A stretch of DNA of 64,000 bases from Octopus sinensis (taxonomy: Eukaryota), in the NCBI RefSeq assembly GCF_006345805.1, contig NC_043011.1, positions 18,302,464 to 18,366,463 of the forward strand. The letters run 5' to 3'. The notes below the pieces were generated by a model. The model had not been told where the DNA came from and made no database searches. It was given only the letters and a program-made list of their open reading frames with translations. Below are positions 26,012 to 40,437 of the stretch, piece by piece; position 1 is the stretch's first letter, and every line of letters starts with the position of its first letter. The position numbers were made by a program, and so were the translations under genes.

Positions 26012-28468
26012 AGGGACAATCAACTTGAAGCTTATAAATTGTTACTAATTTTTGTTCAGTTTTATTTCAAGACAACGATTTCGTGTTCGAAGGGGGGAAA
26101 TACTGTTCTTAAGTCTTTATTTATACTCAGCGAAAAAGTATCTGATTACATTCACATTGCACTTGTTGTTACGCGTTTTGTGGCCGATCCTTTTAACTTC
26201 GTAAGTTATACTTTATTATATTTCTTCTGTGTTCTTCAATGTTTGATAATGTAATTTTTACAATGCATTTTGTCTGCTGGCTTTAATTCACACATCTTGA
26301 TGAGGGGTAGATTTCGTCCAACTAGTATGCCAAAATATTGTTGCATTTGCTTTTGAGCAGGGCAATTTTGAAATATACGATGGTCGGCAAGAAATATGTG
26401 TATGCTTTCTTTCAATTATACTTCTAAAATGAGGTGTAAGGCTCGATGTTTAATAAACATACCGACATTTTCAACGAGTTAAAGTTTCTTTGTTTCTGAT
26501 GTTGTTGATAACACATGCATGCCCGATTTCTCAAAACCACCCATTTTGGCAAAAATATTTGCATATATATTACATGGACTTAAACTAACTTTGCCGGTAA
26601 ATTTGAAAAGTTTATATTAATTTAGCATTATAATTCTTCAAGTTGTATAAAAACAATTATTGTCTGCATCATTCGGAAGAGAAATAAATTCTGCATAAGG
26701 TGTACAAGATGAAGGTAATTTATATGGTGTTAGTAACAAAATATTTTGTAAGAAATAGAACTTTTATCATCGGTCTTTATTTTCACTAGTGTAGCTGTAT
26801 TCGTATACGAAATGTCGTTACAAATCCATGACGATAGTAATTTCTATCCAATATCTGATGACATGACTTTAAAACATGACCTAATTAAAATAAAGGTTCA
26901 AATTGTAGTCCTTAGCATACCATGCTACATTAAACAATTTGGAGTGTTATTTACATAACTGGCTATGTGTCTGGTTTCATATTCGTAAGGACGAAATAAA
27001 TATTTCGATTTTTCAATCTATTTTTGATAGTCGTCAACGGGAACATCAATTAATCGTTCAATGGGATTCTGCCGAAGATGAGTTTTAGAGCCAGTGCAAA
27101 ACAGCGTCGATTTCTCGTGTAATAAAAAGGAAAACATTCTTACAGATTATTTATGTTGAAATCGTCAACGTCAGGATTATAATTAAAACATGTCAAATGA
27201 TATGTGAACAGAATTTGCAGCCGATTTGGAAAGAGTGATAATGCTTTGCCTATATTTAATGAGTGATATTTGTATGTGCGATGTATGTATATATGCATGC
27301 ATACATATATATGATTACTCTAAAATGACACAGTACTAATAAAAAGACACACCTATATACACTCATATACACACATTCAAATCCTGTTAAGAGACATGTG
27401 CAAGTCAAATATTGTGTATTGCTGATAAATTCATCAGATAGAGCCCAGTAATGCTAAAATAATAGTCTGAAGATACAGACAAATGTCATAAATCAATATC
27501 TTCTACTTGATATTGTCGGTTCCGTTCTGTCATTGCAATTTAATATAGCATTCAGCTATTAATATACATATACGCGCATTACAAATATTTCTATAAGAAC
27601 CTAGCTTTTCTAGAAAAACCTGATAGTTGGAGTTGTAATAGCTACCCGAATCGTTGACATCCCCGGTAAGATGGAGACAAATGAAAATTCTGTCCGTAAC
27701 TAAAGCTTTAATGGGACAGGATTAAGCATTGTATGAACATTTGCCCTGACTTGTGATATCAATTCATTCAGTATTTTACCATATTTCTATTTCAATCAGT
27801 TAGTCAAAAACTGAAACGTCTCTAAAATAACTCGATAACTGGCACATAAATTAGTTGTGAGTTTTAAAATTAAGTGATTCATTAACATTCTATAGGGTAC
27901 CAAATCCAAACACACCAGCAGGTATGTCATCAACGTGCTGGTGTTTGCGACAAATTACTTTCTGATTACAAAAATAAATTTCAATGGATAATACAGCATA
28001 TTTGAAAATTGGGCATATAAGATCGGAACACGGTTGGGAAGATGACATGATTATCAAACGCATAGGAGAAATGCCAAACACCGTAAAAGGAAGAAAAAGG
28101 GGTATAGAAGTGACCTATAAAACAACTAAAAGAAACATTCTTTGAGAGCGAAACCAAAAGGATTGCAGAATCAAGAGAATGATTATAGGATACTTTTCAA
28201 GTACAAAATGCCACTGCAAGTATTTGAACCTTAGAAAAAAAAAGAGACTAAAGAATGGAGATGTTATGGGAATAATAGTAATCGAACATCCCTCCCACGT
28301 GACGAATGATATTCAATAGTCGTTACGAATATTGTGACGTAGGAGAGGTAGGGGTAGTTCGTCATAGTTAGTCGTGTCTATACTTGTCTAACTAATTATA
28401 TTATACCGGAATGGAGGTTATGACATTCCGACGTTGGATTATAACAGTATGTATACACACACACGTAT

Positions 28469-28499
<31 letters not shown>

Positions 28500-28508
28500 T
28501 ACACACAC

Positions 28509-28542
<34 letters not shown>

Positions 28543-28557
28543 ATATATGTATACACA

Positions 28558-28775
28558 CGAGGGTTAACTAATTGAAACCGGAATTTTGCAATATTATTTT
28601 ATTCACGTAGTTCTAATTGTTTACTCTTTTATCGCCTTCAAAGTGTTCTCCAGTTGAAGCAACACATCGGTCCAGGTGGGTTTTCCACTGTTGGAAGTAG
28701 TGCCGGAAATTTTGTGAAATGAAACCTTTTAAAGCCTTCATCGTTCTCTACTTCACCTCTTCCATATCTGCAAAT
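28558..28775 (-). mobile_element. Mariner 3'-end fragment
   Basis: TIR start cgaggg. Minus-strand peptide FRHYFQQWKTHLDRCVASTGEHFEGDK is typical of a mariner C-terminus. Confidence 0.75.
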
Positions 28776-29469
28776 TACGTAATAACAGATGTCCTCACCG
28801 GTGATTTACCACACATAGAAAAGTGCACGCACTTCTAAACCTATATGTGAATTCGTACTGTTAAATAACCTTGTTGCAAGCTTCTTGTAATCAAACTGCT
28901 ATGAGGCTACACAGCAGCAATTACTTCTGCAACGATGCCATCAATAATATCATATCTAACATCAGACGAATGAAATTGCGCATTATTTGTAAAGTGAATT
29001 GTAATATATAGGATTTCCAAGTTAATATATTAAAATTCGAATTTGGTAATCGTTAATTTGCGAATTCTTCAATTTCAGGAGTAGATTTATGTGCTTAATC
29101 ACAATATTACATGGTAGAATATTATCAGGTCATTTGCAGGAATATGATTTAATTTTTTTGAGATCTTTAATTAAATTTAAAATTTTCAATTTAATTATTC
29201 TTGCTCAATTATTAATAATTAAAATAATTCATTATCATGAGATGGTATGATTAACTACTACTACTACTAATACTGATACTACTACTACTTCTACTACTAC
29301 TACTACTACTGCTGCTGCTGCTACTACGAATAATAATAATAATAACAGCAACAATAATAATAATAACAATAATAATACCACCCCCACTACAACCGTCACA
29401 TTTCAAATCCTTTTGTACAGTCTCTGGTGCGTAGAATGCAAATTAGTATATACATAGACACACACGCGT

Positions 29470-29558
<89 letters not shown>

Positions 29559-29639
29559 GAATCAGATAAATATGGTACTAAAGTTGAGGCACCAGAATTT
29601 AGTACGGTACAATCCATAGAATTTCAAAATAAAGTGATT

Positions 29640-30085
29640 AAAATCAAAATGAGCAACAAGAATATCCAGAGGTAATGCAGTATGAGCGTTTTATGCAAAT
29701 CTATTTAATTGAACTAGGCAATCATTGAATCAATTTAAAATGTAGACCAATCTTCAGCTGCCCAAATACAGAATTTTATTTAAATTAGAACAGATGGACA
29801 CATTGGTATAATTATATCAAAAATCTATCTGATCTATCTGTGCATACCTGCCAAAACTGTGTATGCCATAAAGACTGCAAATTTAACGGAGGCCTCGAAA
29901 AGCATTTTAAGATACGAAAAGATCATAACCTAACTGCAGGTCTTGATGCTCCAAAGCAGATATGCAATTTATGTGAATGTCTTTCCAAAACGTTATCTGG
30001 TTTAAAGAGTCACATCTGCCACCATGACAGATCTAAGCTGTAAATACAAGAGGTGATCAAACTCTACATAAGGAGTAGAGAACCA
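29640..30085 (+). mobile_element. Probable RTE-clade LINE 3' fragment with two C2H2-like motifs
   Basis: ORF 29840-30043 contains C..C...CKFNGGLEKH and CNLCECLSKTLSGLKSH, followed by a short 3' tail running into (CA)n. Confidence 0.45.
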
Positions 30086-30095
30086 TCATGTGTTT

Positions 30096-30186
<91 letters not shown>

Positions 30187-30190
<4 letters not shown>

Positions 30191-30736
30191 TATATAAAAT
30201 CCGTTCCGTCTGTCTGTGTGATTTATAGGATCTCGGGCATCCTCCATCTGATTGCGCTCAAATTTGAAATGTTTATATCGACGGTATCAGGGCGTGTATA
30301 GGTCTTGAAAAAAATTACAAATATCGATTCCAGGTGAGAATGCGATCGATAAGACCGTTTTTGTCCGGCTTTTCTTCCGTCAACGTGTACACAACTGCAT
30401 CTTCCATTTTTTTTGTTTTTGTACTGCTTAAAGGCACGTTTCTTTTCTGCCAAGCTTACTGTTTAAACAATGTTTGAGGTTCTCCCAGTCAACAGCCTTA
30501 TCATTAATGGTACTGTAACCACTTCGGTTGCATATTTGCTTGAATAAAATCGTTTTTCGTTGGAATAGAAAAAAATCTATCTTTATTTCTTCTTTTGCTG
30601 GTGTCTCAAATTTAGATTAAATCAGTGTTTCTCAAAAGGGAGGCATATGGGACGAGTGGAGAAGTTGTTTTGAAAAAAATTTAGTCTAAATATTTGACAA
30701 ATCAGCACCATCCATTGGACGGGGTTCGATTGCTCG
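30187..30736 (+). mobile_element. Short non-autonomous Helitron embedded in (TA)n
   Basis: The 5' ~170 bp are homologous to 8548-8720 (attatataaaatccgtt...). 3' hairpin ccatcc-att-ggacgg (30708-30722), then CTCG|T, a CTAG variant. Confidence 0.6.
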
Positions 30737-30776
<40 letters not shown>

Positions 30777-33700
30777 CTCTATATATACTACACATACATA
30801 AAAAGTGTGCTACCACGTTCGTAGTACGCACCCATGTTTTTGGATGTCCTTCTATACAGATTTGTGGACAGCATCAAGAAAAATTATGGCCCGAGTGAAT
30901 TTCAAACTATATTATTTAGCACTACATTATTGAAAAACTTATGTGGTGCGTCATAGTGGAGGTGAATGACATAGGTTTTGAATTTGGGAGAAAAATATAT
31001 AGGGTGCATGACATTCTTTATATATTTATATTTCTTTCTATTACATTATGCCCCACCTCCTGGGGAATTATACTCAGTTTAGTTACTGATGATCAGTTCA
31101 CCGCCACGTATATCTATTTTAAAATTACCTATAAATGGATGCGTAGTTTAATTTTAATTCATAACTATATTCTCACACTTTTCTCCTTTCACCTAAAATA
31201 GATTCACTTCCACCAAATTTTTTTATTATATTTTGCAGCACGTTCCTAAATTTGCACACACAAAATATTAATCATTCACCAATACCGGACGGTCTTCACT
31301 CATTCTTTTATCTCACGGACCCATTACAAGAAAATATTTCTTTTAGCTCTTTAATCTTTGTTCACAACAGCGGAATATTCATTTCAAAATAACATAGTAA
31401 TTTCAGAGATTATGTTTACCAATAATGTCCGCTTTCGATGATTCTGTTAAGTTGTGCTCGGGATGCTTTCAAGTTTTATCGATCAGATTATCTAACCAAG
31501 TGACCACGTATAATTTTATATACCACAGGAAGAATTCTGGTTCTCCTCTACATTTGACATAGCCTCAATAGCGCTGCACATTGTGTATGGCATCTTAACA
31601 TTTATTGAAAGAAAAAGAAGAATCATTGCAACCTATTCATATGACTCTGCAAATCAGTCACACAGTAAAAGTCACATGCAAGTAGTTACTGCATTTCACT
31701 TACTTGAAACTAGAGTAATGAAATATAATGATAATATGTTTTGATATTCCAGGAGCAAACTGTCTGATTTTTTAAGATCACCAATGTAAATATTACATCA
31801 CATGCACAATTTCGGAGTCTTATACATTCACAAAATATTGCATAATTACTGTGATTGCTTCCACCTAAAATTCACTTCACTCCCATTTCCACTTCATTTC
31901 CAGTTGGAAACTACAATTTCAATAAATTTGACAATTCCCTTTACCAGCTTCTTTGTGATAATATTATGTCATTAACTTTTTGAAGGTAATTTTGAGGTAA
32001 TTCCAACATGATATAAAAATATTTTCTGACTTCATTGGTTACAAAGGTATCGTTCGACTCTGAAAATACTCCATGTTTTCGCAAACATGTCCTTTGTGTG
32101 CATATACTGTACTACAACACTGGCCTTCAATCAAGTAAGATAAGGATTTCAAAATTACAGGGATTATTGGAGGGACCCTCATGTAAAACTAAACACACAT
32201 TTCTCGTTTCGTAAACAAACATGTCACGCTAATGAGATATATCAAGTATTATATGATGATTTCCTCTTGGCATTTGTAATTCTCAGTTACACTACGGAGC
32301 GGGACTTAATTTAAGATGAGTGGCTTAGTTTGGAAAGAGTTAAATATGTTATTTGAAACAAAGTAAATTTTATTCCTAAGATGCACACGACTTTCGGCTG
32401 AATATCCTGTACTGAATTAATCGCCAGCCGCATCTCTATTGCACATTTATATTTTTGATTTAACATTTCCTTAAATGAATATCTTTAAAAAGCTAATTCC
32501 TTTAGAGTTTTCAAATGTTAATCTTAAAATTTCGTAATGAAAAATAACCACTGTAGCAGTAATGATTTGCTTTTTACTATAATGTGTCCTGAAGGAAATA
32601 ATGAATTTTCCGACACTGGCCTTTACTAGCCTTCAGTTATTCTTCGCTCTCGCCTTTACTCGCCATCAGTTGTACTTCTTAACTTTCAGCTTTACTCGTC
32701 TTCCGTTGTTCTTTTTCGCTCTATTTGATAACTTTATATAGCACAAAATAATCTTACCGAAAGCGTTTCAGATTTACAGATGCATATGTAAATCATTTGG
32801 AATGTTTCCAAGTATTAGCTGGCCGTTCTAGAACAGCCAACCGGTACATTGAAACACTTAACCCTCAGAGGAGAGCTTTGAACATCAATCACTATTACGT
32901 TATATAAAATTACATGGAGCAAGCTAGTTCTCCCCCTACTTGAAACTAAACCTTTCCGTCTAAGTTAATGTTTTTCTACCATTCTTTCCGTTGACGTCAC
33001 AGCTCAGTACCTAATTATCCATATTCTACCATGCTATACCCATGGTTATCAAACTGTCCTCTTTAAGAAGTTTCTCAACAGTATAATACTTGCTTGTCTC
33101 CAAGAATCCGTGAAGGGTATGGAATAACAATTGTTTTTATCAAACAACGCTAAGATGACTATAAAATACTACTCAGTCTCTAGCTTATGAAAATGTAATT
33201 ATGTATCCAATATGAATGCTAATTTATTGAATACTTCCATTTATTATGCTTTCTAGAATATCAATAAGGGAAAACACCCTAAAAGCAACAAAATAACCAA
33301 GCCACCTAACGGAAATATTAATTTCACAATATTCAACTCTATAAAGACTTTTGTTTCAAAGAACAACTATTGTAATATCACATATAAAGCATATTATTGA
33401 GTTAAAATGATGCTATTCAGCCTATGCTCATTCAATCATTATTGTCGACAGAACGGCCAAATTTCGTGTACGAAACAGATCGCGGATTATGTGTGAAAAT
33501 ATGTACAATTATGCTTCAAACAAAATAGAAAATAACTGCTTACACTGATATTGGATAGATAATCGTTTTGCAATGACAGAGATGCTGATAAAATATTTAC
33601 TGGTTGTGTTACCACAATATCAGATTATCATTACATTTGATAAACGAACGTAAATGTAGATTGATATATATATAAGTTATACTAAACACTTCGGAAAACC

Positions 33701-35205
33701 CGACGCCTATAGCCAAAGCTACACCATCGATCATATCGTTCTACTTTCTTTGATGCATACTTAGCCATAATTTTCTGTTTTCCAGTTGTCTTTCGTTTAT
33801 GTTTGCAGCTTGAAGTCGTTTAAGCATAAGTAGATGTTACATATTGTGCTTCATGTATGCAATCATGGTCTGTCTCTTCAATTTATTGACCTGGATATTG
33901 TTGATAGAGTAAAAGTGAAAGTCGCTGGTACACTTCTTTTTTCTTTCCGTATAAATTGTTGAACTTTCAGAACGTAACTGATTATATTTCAAAACAAATA
34001 TATATAGAAAATATCTATGTTTGTATGATAAATCTATGCAACGATTGATAAGGGCTAATTTACTTGTCAGTATAGAATGCTTATCGAGATTTATTAAAAT
34101 GAATTCTACCAGTTGATCCGAGATGATTTTTGCATGAATTTCGCATAGGCACTATACATAGGATAATTAAAAACAACTCTCTATTGAACACACCAGACGA
34201 AATCCAATTCATGTAATAGTTTACATTATCAATAACCAATATCTTTTCGTCTTTGCCCTGCGTTGCTGTTTTTATGTTTAGTTATTTTGGGTACCGCCTC
34301 CTATGAAAAGACTGTGTTTCACCATTCTGAGTACGTTGTACAATAAAATAAATAAATATTGTTCATTCAGAACTCTAGATTGACGCTGCAAAAATAAACC
34401 AAGTAAAAAGATATTTCATACCTTTATACTATTTAGATTATTTCTTAAAATTAATTTGGTTAAGTAAACAGTTTCTTAAGAAACATACTACAAATACGCT
34501 TTTGAATATGAGTTGAACACTGGGTCAACATTACAATCACCACCCAAAGACGAAAATAAGGAAAACAACAAGAAAGAAGTCTGCCGACGAGACAGAGGAT
34601 AGTATACGCGAAAGAAAAAATACAACAAATATATTGAGTGAAGGTCAAATGTTCGAGAAAATGGAAAGATGGTCAACAAAAGTGGAAGAATGTCTGAAAA
34701 CATGCAAGAAAGCAGGAAGACCCAAAGGAAGAAATTTGAGAGCTGTAATGTTGTACCGAAAAGATAAAGAAATTGAGAAGTAATTAGCGATAATGAAAGG
34801 TCTAACGAGAGTGAAATTGAACCCGAGGATATACGATAACCAAATAAAGACTGCAATTGTGGATAAAAGACGGTAAATAAATTAATAAATGTGTTTTCAA
34901 ATACAGCTGTATGCATAGCGCACTACGTTCGATATGACAGTTTTCCCGGCGTTATAGAACAGGATGAATTACTCGTTTACATTACTGACGAACATCCCAG
35001 ATAGTACAACTGTAATTGTAAATGAAACTGTGAGCTTTGGGGGGGGGGACTCGTGAGCCAGTTCATTTAATTCATTGTTAATACTTCATTTCATATTATC
35101 CTTTCTGCATTTTTGTTATATGTACCAGATGTCCTGTATTGTATTGTTATGTCTCCTCTTCAGTCAGGCCATTGTGCCTATAATAAAGAGAAAAGGACTT
35201 ACTAC

Positions 35206-35247
35206 CCTGGACTGATGACGGGCAAGACCCAGAAACATGTCTCCAGG
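35206..35247 (+). ncRNA. Type I minimal hammerhead ribozyme motif (GUC site, palindromic stem III)
   Basis: cctgga CTGATGA c-ggg-caaga-ccc-a GAAA catg TC tccagg. Stem I is 6 bp, the core is intact, and stem III ACATGT is self-complementary. Confidence 0.8.
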
Positions 35248-36140
35248 TGCTAATACTAGCTGGCGGGGGTGCTTGCCTCCTCTTTGAAAATATAAGGACA
35301 CAGGAAATGTGTCAAAGTCGACAGGAAGCGTCGATGCTTGCAGGGCTAAATAGCGGTGATGTAATTCCCTTTACGGGACCGTCACGTTGTGTTGACAGTA
35401 TACAACTACCATATCGCCCCAAAACCTCTCATGTCTCTTTGAGACATTTAGAAATTCAATATTTCAAATGATGACATCGTTGAGCCAATAAAGCGAGTCG
35501 AAGAGAATAGTCAGAAGGGATACTATATGCAAAAGGTGAATGAATTCGTAGTCAACCCTCCTTTGAGACCAACAAGAGAAATGCTAAATATGCTCTTTCT
35601 CGGAGCATGTAAATTTTAATATATGTTATGTAATTAAAGCAGAACGCAAAAACTGATCATGAGATTTAAAAAATAGAAGTAAATCGATCGAGTAAGAAAT
35701 GAACCGGAAGAGTTGGCGCACAGAAAATTAGATTGGAAGTTTTTAATTCACATGTCCGTTAGAAGGATACACTAGACATGTGCAACCAAATAGAGTGAGC
35801 GTGGTAAAGAAGTGGACAACATATACAAACATCTAAAATGCCTGTCTGTAAGAAAATATACAATGTCCTTACATACAGTACATTACACACTTTTTAATGC
35901 TTTAGATTCTAAACCTTTCGGTTTGGAATTTCAACTTATATTAATTGAGCATAATTATTTCTGACAAGTTTAACAGTTTATTTTTGACAAGTCATACTTA
36001 GAATTCAGAAATGTATGTTAAATGTTGTTTCACTGATACTAACTTACGCATGCTGTTTTTCTTTATATTATAAAAGGTTATAATGTCTTACAATATGTGC
36101 AATTTCTTTTGAGAATATTGTTATTTTCTCTAAAGCAGAC

Positions 36141-36555
36141 GAATCTTTTCTGTTTCAACGGCAGTGTTTTAAAATAATTTCCACGTAACTAAACACTTTT
36201 AAATTTCGTATACTGGTAGAATGTGTTTATAAAACAGTTTTTTCTCTTGACTTTATTGAGAAAATTCTATAGTTTGTAAGATATTTGTTGTTGCTTTTTC
36301 TTTAACTTCTGCAATTTCAACCAATCACTGACGTCTATTGAGGTGAGAACATTCTGTACCGTATGAATATGTCCCTCGTTTAAGAAACAGATTGGATTTA
36401 TTTAGATTTCTGAAGAAAAAAGATACTCTCCCCCACCCCTAACGCTAACCCTAAAACAGATTGAAATGCAATAGATCGATACTAGGGTCATAATTATGAG
36501 TGACAATTTCATATGACACTACTAGAAAAAACTGCCATTCAAACCGAATAAATCC
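36141..36555. mobile_element. MITE-like DNA transposon with 8-bp TSD (copy 1)
   Basis: TIRs gaatcttttctgtttcaacggcagt / actgccattcaaaccgaataaatcc. Flanks aagcagac / aagcagat. Confidence 0.8.
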
Positions 36556-36822
36556 AAGCAGATGCCCCAGTAACGATGAGAATATATTTATAATGCTTCT
36601 AGCACAAATGAAATGGCAACTGAATCCTGACACTTTTCACACAATATGCTTTATACCTGAGTAGGACACATTAATGTAGTTCTAACTGCAAAATCTCATC
36701 ACGTGGTAACTATTCGAATGCATTTGATTATCGACGCTCTAGGAAATAGTCTGGCTGGTAAACGAGTGACATTATCCAGCAAAATGAAGTCAAAATCGGC
36801 AACGATATTAAGTTCAATATAT

Positions 36823-37394
36823 AAGGCACCGAGCTGGCAGGATTTTTAGCTTGCAGGGCAAAATGCTTAGCGGTATTTCGCCCGTCCTTATGTTCTGTGT
36901 TCAAATTTCGCCGAGGTCGATCAATTTTTTTTCTACTGTAGGCAGAAGGCCTGGAATTTTGAGGGAGGGGGCAATCGAGTGGATCAACTTCAGTATGCAA
37001 CTGGTACTTAATTTAAAGGCAAAGTCGACCTCGGCGGAATTTGAACTCAGAACGTAGCGGCAGACGAAATACCTATTTCTTTACAACCCACAAGGGGCTA
37101 AACACAGAGGAGACAAACAAGGACAGACAGAAGGATTGTCGATTATATCGACACCAGTGCGTAACTGGTACTTATTTAATCGACTCCGGAAGGATGAAAA
37201 GCAAAGTCGACCTCAGCGGAATTTGAACTCAGAACGTAGCGGCAGAGGGAATACCGCTAAACATTTCGCCCGGCGTGCTGACGTTTCTGCCAGCTCACCG
37301 CCTTTTTCGGATCGATTAATTAAGTACCATATGAGTAATCGACAAGTTCCCTTCCCCCATATTTCGGACCTTGTGCTTTTAGTAGAAAGGATAT
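36823..37394. mobile_element. Minus-strand dimeric OK-like SINE (36923-37304) inserted in an older plus-strand SINE
   Basis: The outer head (36823-36922) and outer tail (37305-37394) are colinear with the consensus seen in other copies. Confidence 0.8.
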
Positions 37395-38025
37395 ATAGTA
37401 CAATATAGAAATTACAGAAACTATAAATATATACGACATAAATGATTAAATAGGTACTCAGAAACGAATATAGATGTAATCGATAATGTTTCATCTACAA
37501 CACAAATACGATATGTCCATGGATCAGTACACAGTCAATAACATAGATGATATATTTCAAGTAATATGTTATATTGTATATATATACAGGAATTAATTCT
37601 ATAATAGTCGAATCTTCTGAAACAATAGATGTTTACAGGATATAAATGAAACAATGCACAAACGTTAAATCGATATAAAATATTACAATAAAAACGGCGC
37701 GACATTGCGATATGTTCACACGAATGGAATGGAGGAAATACAATTTATTCGCCATTGCTAAAAGTATGGGCGTTAATTTTACGTAGAAAACCGTTACGAA
37801 AATGTATAGATTTATCAAATTTTCGATTTGTACATGCAGAGATGTTTCAAAACAAACCATTTATAACCAGTATTGTAGAGTAACTACGCTTTATAAAATA
37901 TCCGTTGCGAAGTATTATAGATTGTCACACAGAATGATTACGCATTACTTACGTTGCTAACGAGCATACAATACTAATACTGAAGACTGAAGCTTACTGA
38001 TTAAATTAAATACAGCAACATTTCG

Positions 38026-38452
38026 GGATCTTTTCGGTTTGAACGGCAGTTTTTAACATAATTTCTAGGTAACTAAAAAATGTTAAACTTCGTATACTGA
38101 TAGAATGTTTTTATAAAACATATTTTTCTCTTGGCTTTATTGAGAAAATTCTATAGGTTGTAAGATATTTTTTGTTTTTTATCTTCAATTTCTGCAATTT
38201 CAACCAATCAATGACCGTCTATTGAGTTAAAAAGCATTTTGTGCCGTATGAATATGTCCCTCGTTTAAGAAGCAGATTGGGTTTATTTACATTTCTGAAG
38301 AAAAAAAGATGCCCTTCTCCCACCCCTAACCCTAACCCTAACTAACCCTAAAATAGATTGAAATGCAATAGATCGATACGAGGGTCATAATTATGGGTGA
38401 CAATTTCATATGACACCGCTAGAAAAAACTGCCGTTCAAACCGAATAGATCC
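38026..38452. mobile_element. MITE-like DNA transposon with 8-bp TSD (copy 2)
   Basis: TIRs ggatcttttcggtttgaacggcagtttt / aaaactgccgttcaaaccgaatagatcc. Flanks acatttcg / atatttcg. Internal (CCCTAA)n at 38324-38351. Confidence 0.85.
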
Positions 38453-39499
38453 ATATTTCGTTCACTAATACCATTCATTTTTGTCGGGGAATTATTATAG
38501 CTCAATTTAATTGATTTCCGATTATTTCATCGAATATAGAATGTTACTAAATATTTAAGAAGTCTTTGTTTATTTGTCGTGTTATTTTTTTAGTCCTTTC
38601 ACTTACTTGTCTACGCTGATACACAGCCTTTCAGAATATTTCAATTATTCACTCTTTAAAAGGCGAGGTGGTGACAACAGATTAACAACCTCATTGAGGC
38701 AAAAGCATGTTAAGAAAATTCTTCCGCGATTATAAACCACTATACATTGTTTGAAGAAACAAGGGTCATGTTAGTAACAAGCAATAAAATTATCCGAGTA
38801 CGTGAATAGCAAATAATAATAATTTTATATCTTTATCCATCTTTAGTACAGACGTTTCTCTTCGAAAGCAGAAATTGTACTATAAATGAAGAAACTAAAA
38901 CGGAGTACTATAGTGGAAAATGTATAGTGAAATAAAGCATTTCTTTCCAGATGGGCCCAAATTGTATTTTCATTATATATTCATTATATGTGAACGAAAT
39001 GAAATGCATTAACAGGAATCAATACAGCGAACCAAATTTGACGAGTAACTTGATATTTTGCACATTTGTTACAGCATATTCATTTAATACTCGCTTAATT
39101 TTGATACAAAGAAACATATTTCATGGAAGATAAATTATATTCCGTTGAAAGGATTTGCGAAAATTACCACCTAATGCGCCATAAAATTCACAGAAATAAT
39201 TGACAAAAATATAGAACAATGTAATTCAAGAAATTTGTGATTGTAGAGGAAAACACTGTTTTAGAGGATCTGGCACATGTTAATAATTTTTACGTTCGAT
39301 GGAGAGAATACAGGGTAAACCTAAGCCACCATCCACTCCTTTAATATTTGCGGTCTCGTGCAAATAGTTTAGTAAGAAATTATTACTCCATCGATAAGGC
39401 GTGTTTCCTGAAAAACCACACTTGACGGTATTTTATAGAAAGTGTAAGCATAACATGGGAGTCCATGCCGAGTACAATGTCATTACATTACTAGACAGT

Positions 39500-39680
39500 A
39501 TGTTAATTCAAACGAAACATTAATTAACTATTAACCGTTTCACTTTGATTCAGTCGAATTTTATTGCTGCCTCCACACATTTCCGACCAACTGAAATTAT
39601 GTGGAAGCAGATTAAAACGAAGTCAAGTAACACAAACACATGAGGTCACAATTAAACACATTAAACCTATAATGATATCA
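39500..39680 (+). mobile_element. Possible decayed IS630/Tc1-like DDE fragment
   Basis: Frameshifted LLLPPH...PTEIMWKQIK resembles the LPPY..ELNPIE.VW..VK motif. Confidence 0.3.
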
Positions 39681-40437
39681 GGATACAGGTTAATCAGATT
39701 TGCGAAGAAATCTAGGTAAAGCGGGATTACGATCAATAGGAAAGTATATATTATATACAAACCTAATTACTGATAAACTTGTCAAAGATAGTTATTCGAA
39801 ATTCATTTTAGTTACCTATTGGAACGACTTCTAGAGATTTTCCACGGATGGAATATATAAGCAAACAAAGAAAGACAACATTATATTCGCTTCATAACAT
39901 TACGTTCTATGGTAATATTTACTGAATACTAGTTTTACGGTTTTTTTCCTACTCATCTTCATGCTCATTTGATCCGTCTTTCTTACTGTCTTTCAGTCAT
40001 TAAGAGATGTACCGAACTGGAAATTGAAATTGCTAGTAACAGATTGAAACTTGCGGCCGTATCATTTTACCTAAAGCGTACTTTAGGTTTGGAAAGTTGC
40101 AGTAATAAAATAATTCGTTTAATTTATGGCTTTAATCCATTAAAATTGGGTCATTTCCAGGGCACTCTATTTATCCGATCCTATTATATCAGTCAATTAT
40201 AGAAATCTGCAATTTAATTTTTTAGAAATTAATTTGTTGACATAAGATTCGGAGAATTTGTGATGTAATATAATCACATGTGCTTACCCAGATAATGATG
40301 CACACAAATGATTTTTTTATATATCCATGAAAGCGTATAAAATTTTAACCACACGCAGATGAATTAAAAACGAGAGGATGTGACAAAAGCTATACAGAAA
40401 TAAATGTGTGTAAATTATAATAATATGAACGGCAAAT

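Noticed and set aside
27900-28260. Possible RTE C-terminal remnant
   Set aside because: The similarity (GHI.....R..GR) is too weak to call.
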